NCBI GenBank assembly: GCA_965202725.1
Contig: OZ241845.1
Coordinates: 3,782,079 to 3,846,078 of the forward strand
DNA length: 64,000 nt
Reading direction: 5' to 3'
Source of the DNA: Candidatus Poribacteria bacterium
Lineage (GTDB): Bacteria > Poribacteria > WGA-4E > WGA-3G
Shown here: positions 27,087 through 36,329 of the stretch, in pieces
Layout of the letters: each line of letters starts with the position of its first letter
Position numbering within the stretch: position 1 is the stretch's first letter
The notes under the pieces: generated by a model
What the model saw: only the letters and a program-made list of their open reading frames with translations
Told to the model about the DNA's origin: nothing
Databases searched by the model: none
Made by a program: the position numbers and the translations under genes

Positions 27087-29027
27087 ATGCAACAACGTAT
27101 TATAGATCCACCTAAAGACCAATGGGACCGACTACCAACGCCGCTGACACTGGGCGAACGCAAAGTCTTTGAACTGTTTAAGGAGACGCTTCCTCTTGAG
27201 TGGGAAATGTACATACAACCACATCTCAATGGATTGAGACCTGACCTTGTACTCCTCAATCCGTACGCTGGGGTTGCTGTGTTTGAAATTAAAGATTGGA
27301 GCCTAAACACCCTTCAATATTCAATTAGGAATAAAACAACCCGCAATCCGATCAGTCAAATCAAACTTTACAAGGACGAAATATTCAACCTTTATTGCCC
27401 GCGTCTCAATGACAGTTCCGGAAAAGCAGTAATAACTGCAGGCCTTATTTTTACGAGGATACCTCAAGCCAATCTTGATGATTTACTGGCCCCTTTCCGA
27501 GATGGAAATATGTCGGAATATCCAGATCAATATCCATTCTCAGGTTCAGAATATGTTGCAGAAGGGAACATTGATGCTCTGTTTCCAGAACACAAAAAGT
27601 GGGGCAGGCAAAATCAATCTCGCTTCATGTCGGAGGATACTGCAAATGACCTACGTGGATGGCTTAAAGAACCTGCTTTCAGTAAAGAACAGCGGGAACC
27701 ACTTGAATTGAACAGTAGCCAGCGTAAGATTGCAACGGAGCCTACACAGGAGCGTTATCGTAAAGTGAGAGGGCCTGCGGGCTCCGGTAAAAGTCAAGCT
27801 CTCGCTGCTCGTGCAGCTGTACTTGCTAGCGAAGGCAGACGAGTCCTTGTGTGCACGTTCAATGTCACGTTGACGAGATATCTTCGAGATCTCGTAGCTC
27901 GGCACGCGCGTGAGATTGCAGAGCAGCGTAAGGCTCCTCGAAAGGTCATCAGGGAAAGAGTTGATTTCCGCCACTTTCACGGTTGGTGTAAGTGGGTTTG
28001 TACCGTCGCTGGATATGGAAATGAGTACTCTCAACTCAGGCAAAAATTTTCTGAGGAAAGCGTGTTGGATCGCTCCCTGGCACTGGCAGAACTTGTATCA
28101 CAAATCTACGAGAATACATCTGTTAAGAATGTTTTACCAACTTATGATGCTATCTTGGTGGATGAGGGGCAGGACTATAACTTATTCTGGTGGCAAACGT
28201 TGCGAAAGGCAGTGGAACCGGATGGGAGACCAGGCGGAGAAATGCTCCTTGTTGCCGACAAAACACAGAACATTTATGGAACCGATGTGACTTGGCTAGA
28301 TGGATCATTAAGCGGAACAGGAATTAGTTCTAGCTGGTATAATTTAAAAACAAGCTACCGGCTACCTCCCAACATCGTTCCTATTTTGGAGGATTTTTCT
28401 AAAAATTTTCTTATACCTTCGGGAGTGGAAGTTGATCTGCCTGAAGTGGAAGTTGACCTACCTGAAGACGAGCAAACGGAGATTCATTTAAACCCTCCGA
28501 TTGAGTTGCGGTGGGTTCAAATATTTTCAGAAAATTCAATACCAGAGATCTGTTTTGAGGAAGCCCGTTTGCAAATGGAGTCTCTGAGGAGTGACACTGC
28601 GATTCCGGATATCATTTTCCTGGCACCAAGCAATAAGGTGGGTCTTGATTTCATTAGTATGTGTGAACAAAAAGGAGTCCATGTGGTCCACACGTTCGGT
28701 CAAGAGGATCAAGGACGTGATACATTCAGGCAAGGGGATAGAAATTTACGCGAGTATGAGAATTCGCGCCGTAAAAAATTGGCATTTTTCCTGGGGGACG
28801 CTAGAATTAAAGTAACAACGCTGCATAGTTTTAAGGGCTGGGAAGGTAGACATCTGATTTTGTACGTCAGTCGTATCGCAAGTGCTGAGGATCGCGCCTT
28901 ATTTTATACGGCTCTTACGCGTTTGAAGAGGCATCCGAACGGTAGTATGCTTACTGTTATTTCCACTTGTTCTGAGCTTTACAACTTTGGGCAAAGAAAC
29001 TTTTCGGAGAATTTTTTCATTCGTTAG
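27087..29027 (+). CDS. Fusion protein: N-terminal PD-(D/E)XK (NERD-like) nuclease module plus SF1 (UvrD/Rep-like) helicase
   Basis: AGGAG RBS 8 nt upstream. The nuclease-like motif is LRPDLVLLNPYAGVAVFEIKDW. Helicase motifs are GPAGSGKS (Walker A), ILVDEGQDY (Walker B), LVADKTQNIY, TLHSFKGWEGRHLILYV and LFYTALTRLKRH. Confidence 0.75.
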   Translation: MQQRIIDPPKDQWDRLPTPLTLGERKVFELFKETLPLEWEMYIQPHLNGLRPDLVLLNPYAGVAVFEIKDWSLNTLQYSIRNKTTRNPISQIKLYKDEIFNLYCPRLNDSSGKAVITAGLIFTRIPQANLDDLLAPFRDGNMSEYPDQYPFSGSEYVAEGNIDALFPEHKKWGRQNQSRFMSEDTANDLRGWLKEPAFSKEQREPLELNSSQRKIATEPTQERYRKVRGPAGSGKSQALAARAAVLASEGRRVLVCTFNVTLTRYLRDLVARHAREIAEQRKAPRKVIRERVDFRHFHGWCKWVCTVAGYGNEYSQLRQKFSEESVLDRSLALAELVSQIYENTSVKNVLPTYDAILVDEGQDYNLFWWQTLRKAVEPDGRPGGEMLLVADKTQNIYGTDVTWLDGSLSGTGISSSWYNLKTSYRLPPNIVPILEDFSKNFLIPSGVEVDLPEVEVDLPEDEQTEIHLNPPIELRWVQIFSENSIPEICFEEARLQMESLRSDTAIPDIIFLAPSNKVGLDFISMCEQKGVHVVHTFGQEDQGRDTFRQGDRNLREYENSRRKKLAFFLGDARIKVTTLHSFKGWEGRHLILYVSRIASAEDRALFYTALTRLKRHPNGSMLTVISTCSELYNFGQRNFSENFFIR

Positions 29028-29321
29028 AGATAATAGTTAGTGGGTTGAGTTGAAGAAAAGCGTTTAAATTTGAATGCAGACATCTATCTTTTGTCGGCTT
29101 CACGTTCTGTTATCATTTCCACACTAATTAGCAACCCCTATTGCGGTTGATCTATTCTTTTTTAGAGAGTGTTAAACCTATCTGTCTCATTGAGAGTAAG
29201 GTATGAGAATTACCAAGTAGCCTGTTGGGAAACCGCACCTACCTGGCCGTAGTGAAAACCCGCTCGAAAATTCGATGAAAAATGGACAATTGAGTGCCTC
29301 TATAGTGAGGTGTGCCCTACC

Positions 29322-29350
29322 TTGCAATTAACCCCTCAATACAGTATAAT
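29322..29350 (+). promoter_or_regulatory. sigma70-type promoter candidate (TTGCAA-N17-TATAAT)
   Basis: TTGCAA at 29322-29327, a 17-nt spacer and a consensus TATAAT at 29345-29350. AAGGAGG (29361-29367) and the ATG at 29377 follow. Confidence 0.5.
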
Positions 29351-29376
29351 TCAATTCCAGAAGGAGGATCTAACCT

Positions 29377-29946
29377 ATGGATGTTAAAGACGCTATTCTT
29401 TCAAGACGCACGATTTTTAAGTTCAAACAAGAACCAGTGCCAGATGATGTCATTAAACAAGTTTTCAGTTTTGGGATCTGGGCACCCAACCACCATATCA
29501 CCGAACCCTGGCGGTTTATCGTGATCGGCGAGAAGACGAAGTTAGTCCTCGCCGACCGCTACCGCGAAATTAAGATAGAAGACACGCCTGACCACGTTGA
29601 TGCCGGAAATCTTAAGAAGATTGGTGAACTCGCTTACGAAAAGTTCATGTCTAAGCCCACGATTATCGCTGTCTCGTGTGCACAAGAAGGGGATGAACAA
29701 CAGAAACGCGAAGATTATGCGGCCGCCTGTTGTGCGATGCAAAACGTCCAACTCGCCGCGTGGGATGCCGGAGTCGGAATGCAGTGGAGCACAGGCAGAA
29801 TCACAATGGAAGAGAATACCTATCAATTGCTCGGTGTTGATTCTTCACAAGCGTATATCATCGGCTTCTTCTACACGGGTTACCCTGCCGACATCGGCGA
29901 ACCGAAACGGCAACCCGCTGGCGAGTTTATCCGCTGGGTGGTTTAA
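29377..29946 (+). CDS. Nitroreductase-family protein
   Basis: The N-terminus AILSRRTIFKFKQEPVPDDVIKQVFSFGIWAPNHHITEPWRFIV is typical of the nitroreductase fold. Confidence 0.85.
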   Translation: MDVKDAILSRRTIFKFKQEPVPDDVIKQVFSFGIWAPNHHITEPWRFIVIGEKTKLVLADRYREIKIEDTPDHVDAGNLKKIGELAYEKFMSKPTIIAVSCAQEGDEQQKREDYAAACCAMQNVQLAAWDAGVGMQWSTGRITMEENTYQLLGVDSSQAYIIGFFYTGYPADIGEPKRQPAGEFIRWVV

Positions 29947-29994
29947 TGGCTGTCCGTTATTCGTTAATTGCTGAAGGCGAACGGCTAATTTCCA

Positions 29995-30831
29995 TTACAC
30001 TGATAGCCGGTATGCGGCTTTAGCGTTTTGCCAGAAGAACTTCGCCTTGACTGCATCGCCTTTTTCGCTGAAGTAGTCGTTCACAATCTTTTGAACGACT
30101 CCGTAGGGTGCGAAGCGTTCTGAGACGGGCCAGTTGCTTCCATAGATGAGTCGGTTTTCACCAAATGCATCCCACAAGACATCTATCGTTGGGGTGTAAT
30201 AGTTGACATCGGTTGGCGCGGGAATTTGCCCAGTGTGTTCTGCTAACCCCGATACCTTACAGTAGATATTCGGATAACGCGCCACCTCACGGATTGCCGA
30301 GGCCCATGCTGCATCAGGCGGTGCCTCCGATATGCGCGCACCAGCAATATGGTTGATGACAATCCGCATGTCGGGTGTATGCTCAACCAGCGCCGGTAAA
30401 ATGGATAAGGCTTCGGGGTTAATCAGCAGATCCAAGGTGAGTTCCTTCACTGCTAACCTTTCAATGCTTCTCAAGAACGTTGGGGCTCCGATTGTCCGTA
30501 AGTGTCCGCTGCCGAGACGTATCCCGCGGAAAAGTGGATTCTCGGAAAATCGGTTCAGATTATCCGCAAAATCGGAAACCGTCGGTTCCAAATGTCCCAC
30601 GAAACCAACAATGAAAGGTTCTTCTGCAGCGAGGTCAAGAATCCACTGGTTATCCTCAAGCCATTTGCTTGCCTCAACGACAACGGTGCCTGTTACGCCT
30701 TCAGGGACTGCGAGTGTTTTGTAGTCTTCGGGCATAACACGTCGGTAGAGGACTTCATCATTCAGATTTGGCCACGGCACGCCTTCAGGACGTGTAGGAT
30801 CATAGAAATGCGTATGTGTATCGATAATCAT
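29995..30831 (-). CDS. Amidohydrolase-2 family metal-dependent hydrolase (TIM barrel)
   Basis: MIIDTHTHFYDP start motif and an internal INHIAGA. The length of 278 aa is typical of PF04909-type enzymes. Confidence 0.8.
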   Translation of the reverse strand: MIIDTHTHFYDPTRPEGVPWPNLNDEVLYRRVMPEDYKTLAVPEGVTGTVVVEASKWLEDNQWILDLAAEEPFIVGFVGHLEPTVSDFADNLNRFSENPLFRGIRLGSGHLRTIGAPTFLRSIERLAVKELTLDLLINPEALSILPALVEHTPDMRIVINHIAGARISEAPPDAAWASAIREVARYPNIYCKVSGLAEHTGQIPAPTDVNYYTPTIDVLWDAFGENRLIYGSNWPVSERFAPYGVVQKIVNDYFSEKGDAVKAKFFWQNAKAAYRLSV

Positions 30832-30846
30832 AAATATCTCTCCGTA

Positions 30847-31629
30847 ATGCTCATTTTTCTTTTTTTAGCCTGCTGCGGTCCACCCGATCAGGCACAGCAA
30901 CAGCGGCGCGAACTTCAACGTGATGCTTTGCGGCTTGAAATGGGACAGGCGCTCAACCCGACAGATGCGGAGGGGTATATCCAACTCGGAAAGATCTATC
31001 GCGAATTGGATGAACATGAGAAAGCAATGGACGCGTTTCAAGGGGCTATCGCCCTTGACGACGAACACGCGCACGCCTACAACAATCTCGGTTTGGTTTA
31101 TATCGATCTCGGGCTGTATGTCCTCGCTATTGATATGTTCCAGGCCGCGCTTGAGTTCGATCCCGGAAATCCTGCCTTCTATAACAACCTCGGGTATGTG
31201 TACGATAAGACCGACCAATTTGCTGAAGCTCTTGTCGCCTTTCGCACCGCAATTGAAGAAGAGCCGACTTTCGTTGATGCCTATAACAACCTCGCAGATG
31301 CCTATCTCTACCGCGAGATGTATCAGGAGGCTATTCAGCAGTATGAAGCAGCTCTTGAAATAGAAACTGGAGATGCTGATGTCTATTTTAACCTCGGTCT
31401 CGCTTACGAGGAAACCGGGGAATCCCTTCGCGCCATCCAGTCCTATGAAAAAGGTATATCTCTTGATGACAACGACGCGGAGGCGTACTATCGTCTCGCG
31501 CAAGCGTACGAAAAAAACGGTGATACACTCATGATGCGCCGCTATTTGGAGGCGTTCTTAGTGCGTGCAGGGGATACGCCATACCTCCAAGAGCAGGTCC
31601 GCGCTGCTGAGCAGCTGCTCAATAGGTAA
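30847..31629 (+). CDS. TPR-repeat lipoprotein
   Basis: The ATG at 30847 gives MLIFLFLACCG (lipobox LAC). About six 34-aa TPR units follow (A..YNNLG.VY......A...F..A.E.DP). The longer track ORF (30502..) overlaps the antisense amidohydrolase gene. Confidence 0.8.
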   Translation: MLIFLFLACCGPPDQAQQQRRELQRDALRLEMGQALNPTDAEGYIQLGKIYRELDEHEKAMDAFQGAIALDDEHAHAYNNLGLVYIDLGLYVLAIDMFQAALEFDPGNPAFYNNLGYVYDKTDQFAEALVAFRTAIEEEPTFVDAYNNLADAYLYREMYQEAIQQYEAALEIETGDADVYFNLGLAYEETGESLRAIQSYEKGISLDDNDAEAYYRLAQAYEKNGDTLMMRRYLEAFLVRAGDTPYLQEQVRAAEQLLNR

Positions 31630-31668
31630 CCTTCTCTTATTTTTTCCTGTTTCTATGGTTAAATTTCC

Positions 31669-31851
31669 TCAATGAATCGCACGGAACGTTAAAAACCTTT
31701 GCGCAAAATCAACAGAAATTCCGACTTCAATACCATCCGGGTTCTTGTTTTTCCGTGCGCCGAAAAGTTGCCGGGTCTGGATCCGATCCTCGTAAACCTT
31801 CTCAAACGCAAATCTGCCTTCCGTAAAATACTCCGCTAATATTCGCCACAA
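31669..31851 (-). CDS. Small ORF or gene remnant downstream of cytochrome b (no ATG; frame open to 31914)
   Basis: The track calls a 60-aa ORF with a TTG start. The same frame stays open upstream almost to the cytochrome b stop (..SDAACIFVSNPGIDGITVELWRIL..). No family was recognised. Confidence 0.25.
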   Translation of the reverse strand: MWRILAEYFTEGRFAFEKVYEDRIQTRQLFGARKNKNPDGIEVGISVDFAQRFLTFRAIH

Positions 31852-31935
31852 TTCGACCGTTATACCGTCAATTCCCGGGTTACTGACGAAGATACAAGCA
31901 GCATCACTCGGTTTCAGCTGTTTGCGTTTTCAAGA

Positions 31936-33162
31936 TTATTCCAGTTCTTCCTCAGTCAACTGAAAATCGAAGACCGCTTCCCCGTCTTCCGTTGCTTCTA
32001 TTTCCTCTTCTGTGAGTTGGAAATCGAAGACCGCTTCCTTTTCTTCAACTGTTTCCGTCCCTGTATCCGATGTTCCCGCATCTTCGGACTGTTCTGTTGG
32101 TCGCGATGTCGCTTGTGTTTGGAGTTTGGGGGAACTTGCGCCGAGGATCGTCAGACCGACAATCCCAATGACACAAACGCCTGTGACCATCAACGCGATA
32201 GGACGTTTCCAGAGGACAACACGCTCACTTTTGTCTAAGAACGGAAGGAGAAGCAGTAACATCATACCAACTGTCGGGATTACAAACGTCCCAATGATCT
32301 CAAAGGGGCCTTGGAAGTATTTCAGGAGTTGAAACAGAGATAGGAAATACCATTCCGGTCGGGGGTCATAATCCGCATTCGTCGGGTCTGCGACATCTTC
32401 AAGCGGAACGGGGACAAACAGGGCGATAGATGCAAGGACTGCAAAGAGAATCAGCATCCCGACCACATCTTCAAATACCTGATCGGGATAGAACGGTTTC
32501 CCTGTCTTCATCTCTTCTGGTGTGTTTTCCGGTGTACCTGAAGAACCGTAATATCGGACCAAGAAGAGATGCACACCGACCAAGCCGAAGGCTAACCACG
32601 GTAACCAGATTGTGTGAAGTGCGTAGAACCTCGACAGCGTCACGGCACCTATCTCTGCTCCACCGCGCATCACCTTCGCCACAAAATCGCCTAATATAGG
32701 CGCTGTGCTGGCAATTTCCACACCGACAACTGTTGCCCAATACGCTTTCTCATCCCACGGGAGCAGGTAGCCTGTGAATCCGAAACCGAGGATGACCAGT
32801 AGGAGAAGCACGCCTACGATCCAAGAGAGTTCCCGTGGAGCTTTGTATGAACCGTAGAGAACGACGCGGAGCAGATGCAGAAACGCGAGGATAATCATTG
32901 CACTCGCACCCCAATGGTGCAAGCCGCGCACGAACGCACCAAACGGGACCTCCTCACTGATATAGATTACGGCGTTATGGGCGTGTTCCGGTGAGGGAGA
33001 GTAGTATAACGCAAGGAATGCTCCCGTAACGGCTTGGAGCAAGAGCAGAAACATCGCTAAACTGCCGAGTGAGAAAAGCAGATTAATATGTTTCGGCAGC
33101 GGTTTGCGTAGGTGCGCAGAGAACTCTGATAAAGGGAGACGTTCGTTGAGGAATTGCCGCAT
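31936..33162 (-). CDS. Cytochrome b (fused b/b6 N- and C-terminal domains) with an acidic tandem-repeat tail
   Basis: Typical haem-ligand helices (..RGLHHWGASAMI..FLHLLRV.., ..FYALHTIWLPW..) and a PEWYFL motif. The C-terminal tail is EAVFDFQLTEEEIEATEDGEAVFDFQLTEEELE. The start ATG abuts the Rieske stop (TAGATG). Confidence 0.85.
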   Translation of the reverse strand: MRQFLNERLPLSEFSAHLRKPLPKHINLLFSLGSLAMFLLLLQAVTGAFLALYYSPSPEHAHNAVIYISEEVPFGAFVRGLHHWGASAMIILAFLHLLRVVLYGSYKAPRELSWIVGVLLLLVILGFGFTGYLLPWDEKAYWATVVGVEIASTAPILGDFVAKVMRGGAEIGAVTLSRFYALHTIWLPWLAFGLVGVHLFLVRYYGSSGTPENTPEEMKTGKPFYPDQVFEDVVGMLILFAVLASIALFVPVPLEDVADPTNADYDPRPEWYFLSLFQLLKYFQGPFEIIGTFVIPTVGMMLLLLLPFLDKSERVVLWKRPIALMVTGVCVIGIVGLTILGASSPKLQTQATSRPTEQSEDAGTSDTGTETVEEKEAVFDFQLTEEEIEATEDGEAVFDFQLTEEELE

Positions 33163-33642
33163 CTACGTCTCCTTCACGTATAAAATACCGGCTTCCACTT
33201 TGGTCTCGAGTTTCTGCAAAGGTTCTGGCGGTGGCCCCGCAATAACCGCACCAGTCTTATCGAATATCGCACCGTGACACGGGCAGAGAAACGCGCCCTT
33301 TGCTTCATCCCACCGGACGAGACAACCGAGATGTGAACAAGTTCGCGAAAAAACGCTCCACTCTCCGTTACCGGTATCGGTTACGTAGACAGAGCGTTTT
33401 TTAGTTGCTTGAACCCAACCATCTTTTGCGGTGAAGGTGTAGTCTACCTTTTTAAAACGACTGTTTTTGAGACGGTCGGCAATTCCTAAATCGACCCATT
33501 TTGATTCTGCTTTTTTAAAAGCAGGTGAGATCGCAAAGCCAATAAGGGGAATACCGGCGGCGAGGCTCAAGACTCCCCCAATAAACGCTGTTGCGATCTC
33601 GAAAAATGAGCGTCGGCTCTTCTTTTCCATTGCGTTTTCCAT
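33163..33642 (-). CDS. Rieske [2Fe-2S] subunit of a cytochrome bc-type complex
   Basis: The cluster-binding boxes are CSHLGC and CPCHGAIF. The N-terminal SRRSFFEIATAF is a Tat-like signal/anchor. Confidence 0.85.
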   Translation of the reverse strand: MENAMEKKSRRSFFEIATAFIGGVLSLAAGIPLIGFAISPAFKKAESKWVDLGIADRLKNSRFKKVDYTFTAKDGWVQATKKRSVYVTDTGNGEWSVFSRTCSHLGCLVRWDEAKGAFLCPCHGAIFDKTGAVIAGPPPEPLQKLETKVEAGILYVKET

Positions 33643-33645
33643 AGT

Positions 33646-34710
33646 CTATCGCTTCCAAGTTTGCCCTTCAAAGGGTGTCCGCAGATCGTAGCGTCCCTCT
33701 TCGAGGACAGGTAGTGTGCCGTCGTTAACCATGAGTTCAAGCGGCAGCTCCTTCGTTTCCATCGGCATCGTGACGACGTTCTTAATCCGCAGCGATTCAT
33801 AGATGGCCATCATAATTTCAAGGGTATAGCGTGCTTGGACACCACTCCCGCGATGGTTAGAAATGTCACCCTCGATCCACTCAACGAGTTCCTGAAACTG
33901 GTTCTTAGGCTCTGGTGGCGGGGTGATCGTCTGCCATCCCTTTGCGTCTCCGTTTTGGAGGAGAATCGTGTTATCAGGACCATTGCGAATTTGCCCTTCT
34001 GTTCCAGCAATCTGAGGCATTGAGACAGGGGGGGCAGGGAGGTCGCCTTCATAGATACCGCGGGCACCGCCTTCAAAACAGACTAACCCCATGCAGAGAT
34101 CTTCACAAATCGTGCGGCGTTCCCACCGGTCAGTGGTTCGGGATGTCTGCCCGATAACCCACAACGTTTCTGGGTCAGACAGCATGAATCGCCAGCCGTC
34201 GATAGCGTGTGTGCCTGTATTGAGCAGTCCTGCGTGCTTTTTGGCACGGTGATGGACGATTGTCGGCTGGCCGATCGCGCCTGCCGCGACAAGTCTCCGT
34301 ATTTCTATGTTTGCGGGTCTGTATCTACCCTGATGCCCGATGATGAGCTTGACGTTATTCTCTTCACATGCAGCAATCATGGCATCGGCTTGCCCGAGTG
34401 AGGCAGCCATCGGCTTTTCTCCAATGATCCCTTTCACGCCTGCCTTCGCTGCTGCCACTGTGGCTTCAGCCCGGGGGCCCTGCCACGTTGTGATGCTAAC
34501 AATGTCCAAATCCTCTTTTGACAACATTTCGTCGACATCGGTATAGGTAGCCGGAATATCGTATTCATCAGCGGTCCGTTTCGCGGATTCCTCAGAGATA
34601 TCCATTGCTGCGACGACTTGTGTATCGGAAGTCTGTTTCCACGCTCTCGAGTGGGACCTACCCATCCCACCACAACCGATGATTCCGATTCGGTATGTCT
34701 GATGTGCCAT
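33646..34710 (-). CDS. Gfo/Idh/MocA-family NAD(P)-dependent oxidoreductase
   Basis: YRIGIIGCGGMGRSH Rossmann motif. The ATG at 34710 is preceded by GGAGG, and I chose it over the upstream track start at 34749. Only 3 nt separate its stop from the Rieske start. Confidence 0.85.
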   Translation of the reverse strand: MAHQTYRIGIIGCGGMGRSHSRAWKQTSDTQVVAAMDISEESAKRTADEYDIPATYTDVDEMLSKEDLDIVSITTWQGPRAEATVAAAKAGVKGIIGEKPMAASLGQADAMIAACEENNVKLIIGHQGRYRPANIEIRRLVAAGAIGQPTIVHHRAKKHAGLLNTGTHAIDGWRFMLSDPETLWVIGQTSRTTDRWERRTICEDLCMGLVCFEGGARGIYEGDLPAPPVSMPQIAGTEGQIRNGPDNTILLQNGDAKGWQTITPPPEPKNQFQELVEWIEGDISNHRGSGVQARYTLEIMMAIYESLRIKNVVTMPMETKELPLELMVNDGTLPVLEEGRYDLRTPFEGQTWKR

Positions 34711-34850
34711 TTGTTTCCCCTCCTTCTGTGTTGACAAGGATTCTATCAATTTTCATCCTTTTGGTCAACAGAAAACTGTGGTTAAAGGTCAGCATCTTGA
34801 CAAATTTTCGGTTGTGTGTAAACATAAGAAAAAACGAAAGGAAGTTCATA

Positions 34851-35948
34851 ATGGCAGACTATGAAGATAAAGGTTCTCAGATTCGAGTGACAAGCCTTGA
34901 GGCTTTCCCGATGGGTGTGAAAGCCTACGTCAAGATTGAAACGAACATGGGGGTTACAGGTTGGGGCGAGATCAACAACATGGAGACAACCGTCACTTGT
35001 GCGTTAGCTCGCTCTTTATCGGAATTGATTATCGGAGAAAACCCGACGCGGATTGAGCATCACTGGCAACGTCTCTTCCGTGCACATCGTAACATCCGGG
35101 GGGGCGGCTTGATGGTGCATACCCTCTCGGCGATTGATATGGCATTGTGGGATATTGCTGGAAAGTTGTGGGGGGTGCCGGTGTATCGCCTGCTTGGGGG
35201 CCCCTGCCGCGATAAAATTTGGAAGTATCCCAGTCCGAAAGCAATTAAAACAGGCCCCGGCGGGTCAAAGCCGTTTGCCGGCACGCCTGATGAAATCGCC
35301 GACTTGGTGCAACGCGTGCGGGAGGCACGAGAGAAAGTCGGTTCCGATGGTGCAGTCATGTTTGACGCACATAGCTGCCTACCTCCGCCTATCGTCAAAC
35401 AATTCGCCAGTTATCTGCAACCCGATGACCTACTTTTCTTAGAGGAGGCATGGGTGCCGGGCAACATTGAAGTGATGCGCAAGATACGAGAGTCTATCCC
35501 TGTTCCGTTGGCGACAGGTGAACGCGATCGCACAATATGGGAGGTTCGCGAAATCCTTGAGGCACAAGTGATTGACATCCTTCAACCCGATGTCGGACAC
35601 GGCGGCGGTATTACACAGGTTAAAAAGGTCGCTGCACTCGCCGAGGCTCATCACGTCCCCATCGCACCACACTGTACGATGTCCTATCTCGGGCTCACAG
35701 CAAGTTTTCACCTATCTGCTGCAGTGCCATTTTTCCTGATCCACGAAGGTTATGAAAACGTCCTTCCAAACGGAGTCGCTCACAAAACGTGGGAGATGGA
35801 TGAGGAGGGCTATGTTTCGCTGCCAGAAGGCCCCGGTTTAGGCGTTACCGTAGATGAGGCAAACGTCATTAAAGTCGGTCAACAGGTAGGAAGGCGTTTC
35901 ACTTGGCCCGATAATCGATTGGCAGATGGCTCTATTGCCGATTATTAG
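34851..35948 (+). CDS. Enolase-superfamily enzyme (mandelate racemase / sugar-acid dehydratase-like)
   Basis: Features include VKIETNMGVTGWGE, ALWDIAGK..GVPVYRLLGG, metal-ligand regions FDAHS..LEE..GER and DILQPD. The ATG at 34851 (MADYEDKG) was chosen. Confidence 0.85.
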   Translation: MADYEDKGSQIRVTSLEAFPMGVKAYVKIETNMGVTGWGEINNMETTVTCALARSLSELIIGENPTRIEHHWQRLFRAHRNIRGGGLMVHTLSAIDMALWDIAGKLWGVPVYRLLGGPCRDKIWKYPSPKAIKTGPGGSKPFAGTPDEIADLVQRVREAREKVGSDGAVMFDAHSCLPPPIVKQFASYLQPDDLLFLEEAWVPGNIEVMRKIRESIPVPLATGERDRTIWEVREILEAQVIDILQPDVGHGGGITQVKKVAALAEAHHVPIAPHCTMSYLGLTASFHLSAAVPFFLIHEGYENVLPNGVAHKTWEMDEEGYVSLPEGPGLGVTVDEANVIKVGQQVGRRFTWPDNRLADGSIADY

Positions 35949-36329
35949 AATTTTAAGTCTGCCCTAATCGCAATTGTCAGGTTCCACTTGGCACATAAGC
36001 TGGTCTCCAAAAACCTGCAATGCCCCGTTCCTAACCTCGGTAACTGTGGTTTCATGAAGTTTAATTTAAATCGATAATTCTAATTCCACCCAGGCCCGGG
36101 AGTTGCGGTTTCCTAACCGCACTGGACTTTTCCAATAAATTATCGAATTTATTTTTTTCTCTTCCTTTAAGTGAGTCTATCCGTCACTAGATACAATGGC
36201 GGTGCCGGTATGCACAGAGTAAATCTCGTATTGGTGTGTTTTATCCCAGCTGGGTTTATTGGTGCTGTTTCATCTGCCATTTTTTATTTTGGCACAGGTT
36301 TTTTTGATGAGCGAGGTGAAATAGCGCAG

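Noticed and set aside
29228-29243. A possible dispersed intergenic motif family around AACCGCAC / GGTTTCC(T)AACC. Instances: gggaaaccgcacctac at 29228, the tgcggtt-tcct-aaccgca hairpin at 36103-36120, caaaaccgcacctcgtgag at 55555, and the gaggtt-tcc-aacctc hairpin at 19779-19793.
   Set aside because: The shared cores are only 8-11 nt. An 8-mer is expected about twice in 128 kb of two-strand sequence, and many 11-mer pairs are expected by chance. Without genome-wide counts I cannot distinguish this from coincidence.
30502-30846. The N-terminal 115 codons of the 375-aa plus-strand ORF 30502..31629.
   Set aside because: This part is antisense to the amidohydrolase gene and is not TPR-like. The internal ATG at 30847 gives a clean lipoprotein signal (MLIFLFLACCG) followed directly by TPR repeats.
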